This document shows, piece by piece, positions 10,449-21,525 of a stretch of DNA of 64,000 nucleotides. Source of the stretch: an uncultured Acidobacteriota bacterium (GTDB taxonomy: Bacteria; Acidobacteriota; Thermoanaerobaculia; Gp7-AA8). The position numbers were made by a program, and so were the translations under genes. Every line of letters begins with the position of its first letter. Position 1 is the stretch's first letter. The notes under the pieces were generated by a model. That model ran no database searches. It was not told the origin of the DNA and worked only from the letters and a program-made list of their open reading frames with translations. Location of the stretch: the NCBI GenBank assembly GCA_963822445.1, contig CAWGHO010000002.1:1-64000 (forward strand), in the 5' to 3' direction.

Positions 10449-10960
10449 AACAAACGATTTTTGCCGCCGCACTCGTTATTTTGACGTTCGCTCAGACCGC
10501 CGATGCCGCGCGCGTCCGCGTTCGCAAAGGCCCTCACGGACGGACGACGGTGACCGTTCGCACGGTTCGTCCCGCGCCGGTCGTTCGCATCACGCCGCGC
10601 GTTCATCTCACCCCGGTGGTGTTCCGGCCCGTGGTCGTCACCACCATTCCTTCGAATGTGGTCTGGCACGATTCGGAAGAGATCGACCGCAACGAAGGCT
10701 GGACCGACTTCACCATGAACGTCGATCGCCGCGGCGACCGGATGCTCCTGCAGATCGATCGCGGCGCGGCCGAGCTCAGTTATGCCGAGGTCGTGTTCGA
10801 GAACGGTGAGGCCCAGGTGGTCGACTTCAACGACCGCACCTACGGCAAGGGCGTATACGCGCTGCTGGACTTCAAGGACGGCCGCAAGGTCGATCACGTG
10901 CGCGTCGTGGCGAAGGCCGAGACCAAAGAGACCGAGATCACGCTGCGACTGACTTCGTAG
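10445..10960 (+). CDS. Secreted hypothetical protein
   Basis: ATGA overlap with the upstream stop, signal peptide MKQTIFAAALV..., beta-rich C-domain. Confidence 0.7.
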   Translation: MKQTIFAAALVILTFAQTADAARVRVRKGPHGRTTVTVRTVRPAPVVRITPRVHLTPVVFRPVVVTTIPSNVVWHDSEEIDRNEGWTDFTMNVDRRGDRMLLQIDRGAAELSYAEVVFENGEAQVVDFNDRTYGKGVYALLDFKDGRKVDHVRVVAKAETKETEITLRLTS

Positions 10961-10986
10961 GCAGTCTGAAGTAGCATCATCCGAAC

Positions 10987-11442
10987 ATGAACAAACGGAT
11001 CGCAGTCCTCGCAGCAGTTCTCGCGCTCAGCACGACGCTCGCATTCGCCGGCCCCGGTGGCGAAGTCCGGGGCCGGCATGGCCGGCACGGGAAAGGCGAT
11101 TTCGTCGCGAAGTACGGCGTCGAGTTCAACCTCACCGAGGACCAGAAGCGTCTCATCGCCGACATCCAGAAGAACGCCCGCGTGCAGATGAGGGAGCTTT
11201 TCGAGAAGTCGCGCCAGACGATGAAGGAAGCGCGTGCGGCCCGCCAGGCCAACGACACGGCGAAGCTCGAAGCCCTCAAGCCGGCTCTCGAAGCGAATCG
11301 CGCGGCCATGAAGGATCTCCGGAAGTCCGAGGAGACGCAGATCATGAGCGTGCTCACCGCCGAGCAGAAGGCGGCCTACGAGAAGCTGAAGGACGAGCAC
11401 CGCTCCAGCCGCGGCCGCAGGGGCGGCCGGCGCAACGGATAA
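10987..11442 (+). CDS. Spy/CpxP-family periplasmic chaperone
   Basis: Signal peptide, two LTxxQ motifs (LTEDQ, LTAEQ), helical composition. Confidence 0.8.
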   Translation: MNKRIAVLAAVLALSTTLAFAGPGGEVRGRHGRHGKGDFVAKYGVEFNLTEDQKRLIADIQKNARVQMRELFEKSRQTMKEARAARQANDTAKLEALKPALEANRAAMKDLRKSEETQIMSVLTAEQKAAYEKLKDEHRSSRGRRGGRRNG

Positions 11443-11447
11443 AACGG

Positions 11448-12074
11448 CTACGGGCGTTTCGCGCGTCGCCGAACCGGCTCGCCGATCGTGATCACCCGAT
11501 CGCGTTCCGAAGGGCGGTCGTCATTCTCGATCCCGTGGGTCATGTGCCCGAAGCCGAGCTGCCCCGCGACGGTCATCCAGCGCTCCTGAAAATCGTCGCG
11601 CTCGTGATGCGGTAGCGAGATGCCCCGCGCATAGAAATCGATGTGCAGCATCTCCGCCGCCCACGCGGCGGCCATGACATCCGCGGCACTGCGCGGGAAG
11701 CCGAGATCGATGGCCGCGGGATTGTTGTATTGCGCGGCGAGTGCGGGATTCAGGATCAGCCGGTATTGCTTGACCTGCTGCTCGTCTTTCGCGGCGAGGA
11801 GCGTGCCCGGGTTCGGTTGCGGCGCGCGGCCAATGCCGATCTCGCGACTGTCTTCGACGATCGTCACTTCGCGATCATCGCCGCGCATCCGCTCGAGGAT
11901 CGCCCGCCCCTCGGCGGTCGCGGCCCATTTCGTCAGGCCTGCTCGTGTCGATGCTGCCGTCGTTACGATCTGATGCGCGCTGAAAACGGGACGGTGCTGC
12001 GCGTCGAAGCGAACGCTCTCGCTCGAGAGGTAGATGACCAGAAGGACAGCGAGCTCAGAGCCCATCCTCGGCAA
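11448..12074 (-). CDS. Hypothetical protein
   Basis: Continues the minus-strand gene run, overlaps the upstream stop, hydrophobic N-terminus. Confidence 0.65.
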   Translation of the reverse strand: MPRMGSELAVLLVIYLSSESVRFDAQHRPVFSAHQIVTTAASTRAGLTKWAATAEGRAILERMRGDDREVTIVEDSREIGIGRAPQPNPGTLLAAKDEQQVKQYRLILNPALAAQYNNPAAIDLGFPRSAADVMAAAWAAEMLHIDFYARGISLPHHERDDFQERWMTVAGQLGFGHMTHGIENDDRPSERDRVITIGEPVRRRAKRP

Positions 12075-13425
12075 GTATGTACGCGGTCGCGGCGATCACG
12101 GCCGTGTTCTGCGCGAGCGCTTTCGGATCGACCTTGTCGAGCGTATCCGCGGGCGTGTGGTGGAAATCGAAGTAATGCCGCGGATCGGGAACCAGGCCGA
12201 AGCCCGGCACGCCGGCGTCGGTGAGCGGCGACGTATCGGCGCCGGTGTGTTTCGAGCTCTCGAATTTCATCGGCGCGATGCGGCTCAACACGCGCAGACG
12301 CTGCTGCATCTGGTCGAGCGCTTTGCCTTCGAGCGTCGTGATGAAGCCCGTCGGCGTCGCGGCGCCGGCGTCCGTCTCGATCGCGGCGATGTGCTTGGAG
12401 AGCTCCTCGCGCTTGGCGACATTCGCGAAATACGTGCGCCCGCCGCGCAGTCCGTTCTCTTCGTTCATGAACAGCACGCCCCGGATCGTGCGCTTGGGTT
12501 TGATGCCGAGCTCCTTGAGGATGCGCATGGTCTCCATGACCATGACCACGCCGGAGCCGTCGTCGATTGCGCCGGTGCCGAGGTCCCAGGAGTCGAGGTG
12601 GCCGCCGATGAGGACGACCTCGTCGGGCCGCTCGCTGCCGCGGATCTCGGCGATGACGTTTGCCGACGCGACATCGGGCAGCGATCGCGGCGTCAGCACG
12701 AGATGCATGCGCACCTTCTCTCCTTTGGCGAGGAGGCGATGAATCAGATCGGCGTCTTCAGTGGTGATCGCGGCGGCGGGGATCTTCGGCTTGCCATCCT
12801 CGTAACGCAGCGAGCCGGTGTGCGGCGTGCGCAGCGAAGCGGTCGCGACGGAACGGACCACGGCGGCGATCGCGCCATGCTCGGCAGCGCGGCTCGCGCC
12901 GACGCCGCGGAAGATCACAGCCTTCCCGTACGCATCGAACGCCCGGCCGCTTTCGACGAGCTGCATGTCCATCGCCCCGTTGTAGAAGACGATCTTGCCG
13001 GCGATCTTCGCGCGCCCGAGCTCGGCGAGCTGTTCGTAGGACGTGACCTCGATGACTTCCGCGGTCACGCCTTCTGCTTTCGTGGCCACGCTGCCGCCGA
13101 GGGCGGTGAGAACGATCTTCTGATCGTTGTGGGAGACGAGACGGCCGCGTTCCGCGCCGCGAACCCAGTGCGGGACGATGACCGTCTCATTGCGCGTGGA
13201 AATGCCCCACGACTTGAGTTGCGCGGTCGTCCACTTCACGGCCAGGTCGGCGCCCTTCGATCCCGAAAGGCGCGGCCCGATGTTGTCGGTGAGGTAGGAG
13301 AGATGTTCGTACGCGCGCGAGTTGGCGAGCGTGTGATCGATGATGCGCTGCGCGGTCTGCGCCGTTTGCGCATGGACCGACGCCGCCAGGACGAGCGCGA
13401 GAAGAGCGCTAGATTTCCGTATCAA
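12055..13425 (-). CDS. M28 family peptidase (carboxypeptidase Q-like, PA domain)
   Basis: [30 protein letters not shown] and HHTPADT motifs; signal peptide. Confidence 0.9.
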   Translation of the reverse strand: MIRKSSALLALVLAASVHAQTAQTAQRIIDHTLANSRAYEHLSYLTDNIGPRLSGSKGADLAVKWTTAQLKSWGISTRNETVIVPHWVRGAERGRLVSHNDQKIVLTALGGSVATKAEGVTAEVIEVTSYEQLAELGRAKIAGKIVFYNGAMDMQLVESGRAFDAYGKAVIFRGVGASRAAEHGAIAAVVRSVATASLRTPHTGSLRYEDGKPKIPAAAITTEDADLIHRLLAKGEKVRMHLVLTPRSLPDVASANVIAEIRGSERPDEVVLIGGHLDSWDLGTGAIDDGSGVVMVMETMRILKELGIKPKRTIRGVLFMNEENGLRGGRTYFANVAKREELSKHIAAIETDAGAATPTGFITTLEGKALDQMQQRLRVLSRIAPMKFESSKHTGADTSPLTDAGVPGFGLVPDPRHYFDFHHTPADTLDKVDPKALAQNTAVIAATAYILAEDGL

Positions 13426-14950
13426 TCTGCGCCCTTTGCAAATTGCCCGAGTAATCGATGTAGATCGACTTCCACTCCGTGAACACGTCGATGCCCGCCA
13501 CGCCGGCCTCGCGGTGACCGTTGCCGGTCTCCTTCACGCCGCCGAAGGGCAGGTGCACTTCCGCGCCGATGGTCGGAGCGTTGACGTAGAAGATGCCCGT
13601 GTACATGTCGCGCATCGCCGTGAAGGCCTTGTTCACGTCGCGCGTGTAGATCGATGAGGAAAGTCCATAGCGCACGCCGTTGCCGATCGCGATCGCTTCT
13701 TCGAAAGAATCGCACTTGATGACCGCGGTCACCGGTCCGAAGATCTCTTCCTGGGCGATGCGCATCTCGTGTTTCACATTCGCGAAGACGGTCGGCTCGT
13801 GGAAGAAGCCCCTGGCGTAATCGCCGTCGCGCAGCACGTTGCCGCCGGACACGCACTCCGCGCCCTCGTCCTTGCCGATCTTCACGTACGACTCGACGGT
13901 CTTGAGCTGTGACGCCGAAACGCTCGGTCCCATCTGCACGCCGGCATCGAGGCCGTTGCCGACCTTCAGCGTCTTCGCCCGTCCGGCGAGTTTCTCGACG
14001 AACTGGTCGTACACCTTCTGATGCACGACGATGCGCGAGGCCGCGGTGCAGCGCTGACCGGTCGTGCCGAACGCGCCCCAGAGCGCGCCGTCCACGGCCA
14101 GGTCGACGTCGGCGTCGTCCATCACCATGATCACGTTCTTGCCGCCCATCTCCAGATGGACGTGCTTGAACTGCGGCGCGCAGGCGACGTTGATGTCGCG
14201 GCCGACCTCTGTTGAACCGGTGAAGGAGATCACCCGGACCTTCGGATTCTTCAGCATCGGCTCGCCGACTTCGCGTCCGCCGCCGGTGACCACGTTCCAC
14301 ACACCTTTCGGCAATCCCGCCTCTTCGAACGCTTCGGTGAGCATGACCACCGACAGCGGCGTGAGCGATGCAGGCTTGATGACCACGGTGTTACCGCAGA
14401 TCAGCGCGGCCATGCCCTTCCACGCGGGAATGGCCATGGGGAAGTTCCACGGCGTGATCAGTCCCGCGACGCCGAGGGGCATACGGACGGCCATGTTGAA
14501 CTTGTTGTGCAGCTCGGACGGCGTGGTCACGCCGAAGAGACGACGGCCCTCGCCCGCGGCGAGGAAGGCCATGTCGATCGCTTCCTGGATGTCGCCCTTC
14601 GTTTCGTCGACGACCTTCCCCATCTCGCGGGTCATCTCGCGCGCCATCTCGTCCTTGCGGCGCTTGAGGATGTCGCCGACGCGGTAGAGGAACTCCGCGC
14701 GCAGCGGCGCGGGCGTCAGACGCCACGATTCGTATGCGCGCGACGCGGCATCGACCGCGGCGTTCAGGTCATCGGCGTTCGAGTCCTGAAACGTGCCGAT
14801 CAGATCGTCCTGATCGGCGGGATTGAGATTGTCGAAGGCCTTGCCCGTGGATGACTTCACCCACTGGCCGTCGATGTAGTTGCCGTACTCGCGCGGCTCG
14901 CGGAGAGAGTGCTGTTGCGCGAAGGTGTTGGGGGCGGTACTCGTTGTCAT
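13409..14950 (-). CDS. NAD(P)-dependent aldehyde dehydrogenase
   Basis: [35 protein letters not shown] and PFGG motifs. Confidence 0.95.
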   Translation of the reverse strand: MTTSTAPNTFAQQHSLREPREYGNYIDGQWVKSSTGKAFDNLNPADQDDLIGTFQDSNADDLNAAVDAASRAYESWRLTPAPLRAEFLYRVGDILKRRKDEMAREMTREMGKVVDETKGDIQEAIDMAFLAAGEGRRLFGVTTPSELHNKFNMAVRMPLGVAGLITPWNFPMAIPAWKGMAALICGNTVVIKPASLTPLSVVMLTEAFEEAGLPKGVWNVVTGGGREVGEPMLKNPKVRVISFTGSTEVGRDINVACAPQFKHVHLEMGGKNVIMVMDDADVDLAVDGALWGAFGTTGQRCTAASRIVVHQKVYDQFVEKLAGRAKTLKVGNGLDAGVQMGPSVSASQLKTVESYVKIGKDEGAECVSGGNVLRDGDYARGFFHEPTVFANVKHEMRIAQEEIFGPVTAVIKCDSFEEAIAIGNGVRYGLSSSIYTRDVNKAFTAMRDMYTGIFYVNAPTIGAEVHLPFGGVKETGNGHREAGVAGIDVFTEWKSIYIDYSGNLQRAQIDTEI

Positions 14951-14970
14951 CGTTACCTCTTCTGGGTTGG

Positions 14971-15051
14971 AGTCTCAAAGTCTCAGAGTCTCAGAGTCGC
15001 AAAGGCCGTAGCTCCTCTTTGAGACTCTGCGACTTTGAGACTCTGCGACTT
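14971..15051. repeat. Palindromic element built of octamer tandem units AGTC(T/G)CA(G/A), family C
   Basis: Four octamers, a 12-nt spacer, then four inverted octamers; second copy at 22278-22366. Confidence 0.85.
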
Positions 15052-15475
15052 ACTTCGCGCGAGCCTGATCTTCGCGCGGTCTCGCCGAGCCCATGTCCAC
15101 GCTGCCGCGGAACTTTGCGCCTTCGGCGACGACGATCTTCGGGGCCTTGATGTTGCCGTCGACGGTGGCGCTGGCGACGAGCTCGACGCGGTCATCGGCG
15201 GAGATGTCGCCGGTGAGCTTTCCTTCGACGGTCACGGTCTTGGCGTGCACGGTCGCTTCGACGCGCGCCTTCGTGCCGACGAGCAGTTCGCCGTTCATGT
15301 CGATCTTCCCGCGCACGGTGCCTTCGATCAGCACTTTCTCATTGCCGGTGATCGTGCCGTCGATGGTGATGTTGGGACCGATGTAAGTGCCGTTGAACGT
15401 CCCGCCCGGCTGCGTGGGCACGCTGGGACGCGCGGCCGGCTGGGAAGGAGCGGGATCTTTGGAGAATAGAGCCAT
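15050..15475 (-). CDS. Bactofilin (polymer-forming cytoskeletal protein)
   Basis: IGPNITIDGTITG..VLIEGTVRGKI..VEGKLTGDISA..VDGNIKAPKIVVAEGAKFRGSVDM beta-helix; start MALFSK. Confidence 0.9.
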   Translation of the reverse strand: MALFSKDPAPSQPAARPSVPTQPGGTFNGTYIGPNITIDGTITGNEKVLIEGTVRGKIDMNGELLVGTKARVEATVHAKTVTVEGKLTGDISADDRVELVASATVDGNIKAPKIVVAEGAKFRGSVDMGSARPREDQARAK

Positions 15476-15747
15476 CAAAAAACCTCTCGAAACGGGGGCG
15501 AAGCATAGCACGCGGCTTCGCGCGTCCTCCCGCGTCAATCTCATGAATTGGAACGTCAAATTTCCGAATCCCGCGCCCCGCGGGACGGCTTCATTTTTCC
15601 CGTAAGCCTCCCTTTCTCAGAGGTTTGGAAAATGTTGGCATTCGCGGTAAAAATCGTGCAACATTACCGCTCTCGCAATCGTGAACTGGTGGCGGCACGC
15701 CCATACCGCCCCTACCAAAATCAGCTTTCGTTTCAGGAGGAGGATTC

Positions 15748-18558
15748 ATGACAAAGTCGTTTCGTCTCTGCAGCCTCGTGCTCGCGATGGCGATCCTGCT
15801 TGCTCCAGCAGGGTTTGCACAGACCACGATCAACACCGGAGCAATCTCGGGCACAGTGAAGGACTCGAGCGGCAGCCCGCTGCCGGGCGTCACCGTGACC
15901 GTGTCTTCGCCGCGCCTTCAGGGCACGCGCACCGCGGTAACCGAGGGCGATGGCACTTACACAGTGCCGGTTCTGCCTCCGGGCACGTACACCGCCACCT
16001 ACGAGCTCTCGGGCATCAAGACCCAGACTCGTGAGGGCATCATCGTCAGCGCGTCGCAGACCACGCGCACCGACGTGTCGATGCAGATGGCACTGGCCGA
16101 GACGGTGACGGTCACCGCGGACCAGGTCGTCGTCGACACGACGCAGACCCAGCAGCAGACCACGCTCAAGGAAGAGCGCCTGAAGTACACCTCGGTCAGC
16201 TCGGCCAACCGCAGCTTCCAGCAGGCCATCACCCAGGTGCCCGAAGCGGCCAACGGCGGCAACGCCAACGTCGCCGGCGCCAACATCAACTCGAACACCT
16301 TCATGATCGACGGCATCAACGCGCTGACGGACCCCGTCACGCACACGTTCGCCTCGAACATGGTCTTCGACGCGATCCAGGAGATGAACATCGTCGCCTT
16401 CGGCAAGGACGCCGAGTTCCGCTCCTCGGGTGCGACGATCAACGTCATCACCAAGTCGGGCGGCAACAACTTCTCGGGCAGCCTCGACTACCGCTACAGC
16501 GATCCGGACTTCTTCACCCAGACCGACAAGAAGTACCCGGCGGCTCCGCTCATCTTCGGCGGCCCGCCCAACGGAAACCCGACGCTCCGTTTCGACAAGA
16601 GCGCCGTCACCGACAAATCGGAACAGCCGCAGGCCACCCTCGGCGGTCCGATCATGCGCGACAAACTGTGGTTCTTCGCCTCGGCCCACAATCCGAAGAC
16701 GAGCCGCATCGCTCCGAACCTGTTCGGCTTCCAGCCGGGCTCGCGTGATTTCTCGGGCTGGAACACGCTGGCCAAGCTGACCTTCACCCCGTTCAGCAAC
16801 CACACCTTCGCCGGCCGTCACACCAACAGCTACGCGACGATCACCAACATCCTGTTCAGCTCCCTCGCGCCGACCGAAGCGGACGGCTATCAGACCCAGC
16901 ACAACAAGAACATCAGCTTCGACTACAACGGCGTGCTGAGCTCGAAGTGGCTCGTCAACGCGCAGATCGGGCACACGCCGGCCTCGCTGGCCGTCGCCCC
17001 GATGTCGAACAACGAGGCGTTGATCCGCTTCAGCGATCTGAACACCGGCATCATCGGCGGCAACTACAGCAACGCCCAGGGCCGTGAGAGCACCCGCGAC
17101 GAGCTCATTCTGTCGACGACCTACTACGTGGAAGCCTTCGGCTCGCACGCATTCAAGGCCGGCTTCGCCCTCGACAAGAGCAAGTTCGACAGCTACAACT
17201 ACACAACCGGCGATCCGTCGCTCCTGGCGGGTCTTCCGGCCGACGCGTGCGCGCGTTCCCTCGGCACGACGTCTCTCCGCTGCGGCGTCACCTACACGAT
17301 CCGCAACGGCGTTCCCGTCACCGCAACCCTGACCCCCGTTAACCCGGTCGCCGGTGCCGAAATGGACGGCCGTTCGTTCTACGTCCAGGATCAGTGGAAC
17401 CCGATCGCGCCCCTGACCATCCGCGCCGGCCTCCGCTACGACCACGTGGACTTCGGCTCGTCCAAGCCGGTTCCTTCGTTCAAGCTCCTGCAGCCGCGCC
17501 TCGGCATCGCCTACGACCTGTTCAACAACGGCGGCACGGTGATCCACGCTTACGGCGGCAAGATCATGGATGAGAACCAGCTCACCCTGCCGAACAACCT
17601 GAACACCCGCTACAGTGGCAACGCCGTGTGGACCTACAACGCCGGCACCCAGCAGTACGCGTTCACCCGCACCACCGTCAGCCCGAGCGGTCTGGATGTC
17701 GACCCGGGCCTCGATGCGCCGTTCAGCAACGAGTACAGCCTCGGCTTCACCCAGCGCCTGTTCACCAACACCAGCATCGACATCACCGCGGAGCGCCGCA
17801 CCGGTCACAACCTCTTCGCCCTGTACGCGGGCTCGCACAACCCCGCGACCCCGAATGACTTCAGCGGCCTGCTTCCGACGGCAATCTTCACCGCCTGCCC
17901 GGCCGGTCAGTGCAACGTGGTTCGTAGCGAGTTCCAGGCGATCGTCGCCAAGATCGACACGCGCCCGACCCGCAACTCCGACCTGAGCGTCTCCTGGACG
18001 CACGGCGAGTCGAAGGGCTCGACCGGCAACGACAACGCCGCCGGCCAGAACGTCTCCGGCTCGTTCAACTACTTCCCGTACAACTTCGAGAACTACTTCG
18101 GCTTTGTCCCGGATGACGCCGCCGACCGCATCAAGGTCAACGGCTTCTACCGCCTGCCGTGGCAGTTCACCGTCGGCGCGTCCTACAACTGGGACAGCGG
18201 TACGCCGTACACGCCGTTCCTGTCCCACCCGGCCGGCTTCGGCACCGTGTTCCTCGAAGAGCGCGGCTCGCGCCGTCTGCCGCACTTCCACCAGCTCGAC
18301 ATGCAGGTTCAGAAGGACTTCTCCATCGGACCTGTCAAGGCGGGCCTCATCGCCAGCGTGCTCAACGTGCTGAACACGGAGATCCCGCTGACCATCAACG
18401 CCAACGCCGGCACCCGCGCCATCGTCGGCCCGGACGGCAAGCTGTACATCGATCCGGACCAGCAGGCTGGTGCGAACCGCCTGTCGCCGACCTTCCAGCG
18501 CTACACCTCGTTCCAGCGCCCGCGCCGGTTCGAAGCTGGCGTCCGTTTCGAGTTCTAG
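15748..18558 (+). CDS. Oar-type TonB-dependent receptor
   Basis: GGAGG RBS, signal peptide, carboxypeptidase-like N-domain, ITKSGGN, GGPIMRDKLWFF, QPRLGIAYD and C-terminal GVRFEF. Confidence 0.92.
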   Translation: MTKSFRLCSLVLAMAILLAPAGFAQTTINTGAISGTVKDSSGSPLPGVTVTVSSPRLQGTRTAVTEGDGTYTVPVLPPGTYTATYELSGIKTQTREGIIVSASQTTRTDVSMQMALAETVTVTADQVVVDTTQTQQQTTLKEERLKYTSVSSANRSFQQAITQVPEAANGGNANVAGANINSNTFMIDGINALTDPVTHTFASNMVFDAIQEMNIVAFGKDAEFRSSGATINVITKSGGNNFSGSLDYRYSDPDFFTQTDKKYPAAPLIFGGPPNGNPTLRFDKSAVTDKSEQPQATLGGPIMRDKLWFFASAHNPKTSRIAPNLFGFQPGSRDFSGWNTLAKLTFTPFSNHTFAGRHTNSYATITNILFSSLAPTEADGYQTQHNKNISFDYNGVLSSKWLVNAQIGHTPASLAVAPMSNNEALIRFSDLNTGIIGGNYSNAQGRESTRDELILSTTYYVEAFGSHAFKAGFALDKSKFDSYNYTTGDPSLLAGLPADACARSLGTTSLRCGVTYTIRNGVPVTATLTPVNPVAGAEMDGRSFYVQDQWNPIAPLTIRAGLRYDHVDFGSSKPVPSFKLLQPRLGIAYDLFNNGGTVIHAYGGKIMDENQLTLPNNLNTRYSGNAVWTYNAGTQQYAFTRTTVSPSGLDVDPGLDAPFSNEYSLGFTQRLFTNTSIDITAERRTGHNLFALYAGSHNPATPNDFSGLLPTAIFTACPAGQCNVVRSEFQAIVAKIDTRPTRNSDLSVSWTHGESKGSTGNDNAAGQNVSGSFNYFPYNFENYFGFVPDDAADRIKVNGFYRLPWQFTVGASYNWDSGTPYTPFLSHPAGFGTVFLEERGSRRLPHFHQLDMQVQKDFSIGPVKAGLIASVLNVLNTEIPLTINANAGTRAIVGPDGKLYIDPDQQAGANRLSPTFQRYTSFQRPRRFEAGVRFEF

Positions 18559-18575
18559 TTTCAGCAACAAGTTTC

Positions 18576-18611
18576 AAACGAACGGGGGCCGCAAGGCCCC
18601 CGTTTTCGTTT
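18576..18611 (+). terminator. Rho-independent terminator
   Basis: AACGGGGGCC-GCAA-GGCCCCCGTT hairpin followed by a T-rich tract. Confidence 0.8.
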
Positions 18612-18682
18612 GGGGAATCGACGCGCACCGTCCCCCGGTTGGACGCAGAGAACACTTACCCCACCCGAGGAAAAATACAGAG

Positions 18683-20146
18683 ATGAGAATCGCCGTGCGC
18701 TGTTTCGCCTACGCCCTGGTTCTGTCCGCCGCGATCGCCATGAGCGCCGCGGAGCCCGACTTCCGTGCATGGATCAAGTCGCCTGAAGCCTACTTCGCGA
18801 CGAACGCCGAGATCGACGCCTGGCACAAGAGCGTCGTGAGCAAAGCTGACGCCGACAAGTTCATCGCCGAGTACTGGAATCGACGAGGCGCCGCTTTCAG
18901 GACGTCCGTCCTGACCAGGATCGAGCGCGCCGACGAGCTCTTCGCGCTCTCCGGCACGCCGGGATCGCGGACTCCCAAGGGTCGCGTGTGGATCCTGCTC
19001 GGCAGCCCAACGCGCGAACAAAACGCCCGCGGCAACACCATCGAAGGCACCGCGGCGCTGCCCGGGACGATTCCCAACGCGTTCCAGAACAACAGCATCG
19101 AGCGCGGCGCTCACGTGTCGACGAAGTGGACCTATCAGAAAGAACGCCTGCCTGCCGAGCTGGGCGTGCCGGAACTGGTCGTGAACTTCCAGACCAATCA
19201 GCAGCGCGGCCAGCAGACCATCGAAAATCCCGGCCTCATCGAGCCGTACCTCAAGCGCATCGCCGAGTTCTACGTCGGCAAGGCCCTGGCAACTTCGCCT
19301 GCCGCGGCCGCACCGGTCGCGGCTGCCACGGCAGTCGCCGCGGCACCGATGGCCGATGATCCGCTCTGGGCCGCTCCGGAAAGCCTCGGCGGCGCGTTCT
19401 TCGACGCCGAGTCGTACATCGCCCCGAACGAAAACCCCTTCTACGCGGTCAATTTCTATCTGCCCAAGGCCGTCTCTGCCTTCAAGGACATCCCCTCGGT
19501 GCTGATGGTCGGACTGGTGAAGAACGCCGCCGGCCAGCAGGTCGCCGCGATTCGCGAGGAGCTTCCGCTTCGTCCGTACGGCGCGACCGGTGATCGTTAC
19601 GTCGACCGCTCCTTCGCGCTGCCCCCGGGCCAGTACGCCGGTTCCTTCGCGCTGTTCACGCCCGAGGGAACGACGATGCTCGCCAATCGCCGCGTCGACT
19701 TCACCGTTCAGGCTCCGACGGAGACCGCCGTGTCGCAGCTTCTGCCGACCGCGGTCATCGTCGAGGGCGACAAGCAGCTTCCCCTTGATCCCTTCACCTT
19801 CGTCGCGACGAAGTACGCGGTCAAAGGCGACCGCCGTTTCTCCGCGAAAGACAAGGTCGGCTTCTTCACCGTCGTCTCCAATCCGGCCGGCGATGCCCAG
19901 CCCTCCATGGTGATGACCATGAAGATCTCCAAAAACGGCCAGGTTCTTCACCGCACGCCGCCCGAGCCGGCTCCGCTGACCCAGACCGGCCCGCACACCT
20001 GGCTCGTCGGTCCCGCGTTCGATCCGGGCACGTTCGACGCCGGCCAGTACACGATCGAGATCCAGCTCAAGGACCTCAAGGCCCCGAAGGAAGCGAACGG
20101 CTCGGTCAAGACCTACGTCGCCAAGACCGACTTCACCGTCGAATAA
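18683..20146 (+). CDS. GWxTD-domain secreted protein
   Basis: FIAEYWNRR...RIERADELF...GSRTPKGRVWILLGSP (variant GWxTD block); signal peptide. Confidence 0.8.
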   Translation: MRIAVRCFAYALVLSAAIAMSAAEPDFRAWIKSPEAYFATNAEIDAWHKSVVSKADADKFIAEYWNRRGAAFRTSVLTRIERADELFALSGTPGSRTPKGRVWILLGSPTREQNARGNTIEGTAALPGTIPNAFQNNSIERGAHVSTKWTYQKERLPAELGVPELVVNFQTNQQRGQQTIENPGLIEPYLKRIAEFYVGKALATSPAAAAPVAAATAVAAAPMADDPLWAAPESLGGAFFDAESYIAPNENPFYAVNFYLPKAVSAFKDIPSVLMVGLVKNAAGQQVAAIREELPLRPYGATGDRYVDRSFALPPGQYAGSFALFTPEGTTMLANRRVDFTVQAPTETAVSQLLPTAVIVEGDKQLPLDPFTFVATKYAVKGDRRFSAKDKVGFFTVVSNPAGDAQPSMVMTMKISKNGQVLHRTPPEPAPLTQTGPHTWLVGPAFDPGTFDAGQYTIEIQLKDLKAPKEANGSVKTYVAKTDFTVE

Positions 20147-20167
20147 GCTCCACGCAATTGCGAATCG

Positions 20168-20203
20168 AAACGGCGGGCCCCAAAGCCCGCCGTTTTTTCT
20201 TTT
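20168..20203 (+). terminator. Rho-independent terminator
   Basis: AAACGGCGGGC-CCCAAA-GCCCGCCGTTT followed by a T run. Confidence 0.8.
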
Positions 20204-20255
20204 GCGCGATCCGACACAAGAAGTGGCATCGCTCAAGCTAGACTTCCGCGCTCAG

Positions 20256-21524
20256 ATGAGACGTACCGCGACGATCCTGCTTCTCCTTCTCGCACTGAGC
20301 TCCTGCAAGGGCGGCGACAAGAAAAACGACCAGTACCGCACCGAGAAGGTCGATCGCGGCACGGTGACCATGACCGTCACCGCCACCGGCACGCTATCCG
20401 CGGTCACGACTGTGCAGATCGGCAGTCAGGTCTCCGGCGTCATCGCCCGTCTCTACGCCGACTTCAACAGCCAGGTGACGAAGGGCCAGCTCCTCGCCGA
20501 GCTCGATCCCACGCCGTTCCAGGCGCAGGTCGAACAGCGCCGCGCCGATTTGACCCAGGCCGACGTCGGAGCGAACGACATGCGGATCAAATACGACCGC
20601 CAGCGCCGCCTCGTCGAACAAGGTCTCGCCGCGCAGGCGGACCTCGACGCGGCCAAGGCGCAATACGACTCCGCACGCGCGCAGGTCCAGCAGGCTCGCG
20701 CCGCGCTCAGTCAGGCCACGACCAACCTCAAATACACGCGCATCGAGTCGCCGACCGACGGCATCGTCGTCGACAAGCAGTACGAAGTCGGCCAGACCGT
20801 GGCCGCGTCGTTCCAGGCCCCGACGCTCTTCCAGATCGCGCAGGACCTCACCAAGATGCAGGTGCAGGCCGACGTCGATCAGTCGGACATCGGCCGCGTG
20901 CAGGTTGGGCAGGTCGCGCGCTTCACCGTCGACGCGTATCCGGAGGACGAGTTCCGCGGGAAGATCGCCCAGATCCGCTTCAACGCGCAGGTCAACCAGA
21001 ACGTCGTCACCTACCCGGTCATCATCGAAGTGCCGAATCCCGACGGCCGCCTGCGGCCGAAGATGACCGCCAACGTCACCTTCGACGTCGCCAGCGTGAA
21101 GGATGTGCTGCGCGTGCCGAATGCAGCGTTGCGCTTCCGGCCGCCGACCGACCCGAACGAGAAAGGCAAGAGCGCCGGCGGTGGTGGCGGCGATCCGATG
21201 GCACGTGCCGGACAAAGCGGCGGCGGAGGCGGACTGGCGGGCGCCGCGCGGCAGATGCCCGGACGAAAAGGCGGCGGCGCAGCGAAGTCGCAGACGGTCT
21301 ACATCCTCGCCGGCGGCGAGAAGGAAAAGAAGACGCTCAAGCCGGTCGAGATCCGCACCGGCATCAGCGACGGCCGGTTCACTCACGTCGTTTCCGGCGA
21401 TCTGAAACCGGGCGATCCGGTCGTCGTCGGCATCGCCACGGCGAAGGTCGAAGGCCCGCCGCCGATGGGCGGTCAGGGCGGCCCGGGAGGCGGCGCTCCA
21501 CGCGGCGGAGGCCGGAGACCGTAG
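20256..21524 (+). CDS. MacA-like efflux periplasmic adaptor (lipoprotein)
   Basis: Lipobox LSSC, GSQVSG, SPTDGIV, GQTVAASFQAPTLF and LRPKMTA motifs. Confidence 0.9.
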   Translation: MRRTATILLLLLALSSCKGGDKKNDQYRTEKVDRGTVTMTVTATGTLSAVTTVQIGSQVSGVIARLYADFNSQVTKGQLLAELDPTPFQAQVEQRRADLTQADVGANDMRIKYDRQRRLVEQGLAAQADLDAAKAQYDSARAQVQQARAALSQATTNLKYTRIESPTDGIVVDKQYEVGQTVAASFQAPTLFQIAQDLTKMQVQADVDQSDIGRVQVGQVARFTVDAYPEDEFRGKIAQIRFNAQVNQNVVTYPVIIEVPNPDGRLRPKMTANVTFDVASVKDVLRVPNAALRFRPPTDPNEKGKSAGGGGGDPMARAGQSGGGGGLAGAARQMPGRKGGGAAKSQTVYILAGGEKEKKTLKPVEIRTGISDGRFTHVVSGDLKPGDPVVVGIATAKVEGPPPMGGQGGPGGGAPRGGGRRP

Positions 21525-21525
21525 C

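Noticed and set aside
14971-15051. Possible CRISPR array from the AGTCTCAG repeats
   Set aside because: Units are contiguous octamers without unique spacers; no cas genes in the window.
15733-18570. 945-aa minus-strand ORF and similar long antisense ORFs (8436-10472, 2659-4263, 18656-20236, 30381-32153, 57260-58969)
   Set aside because: Shadow frames of well-supported genes on the opposite strand; expected in GC-rich DNA and lacking motifs.
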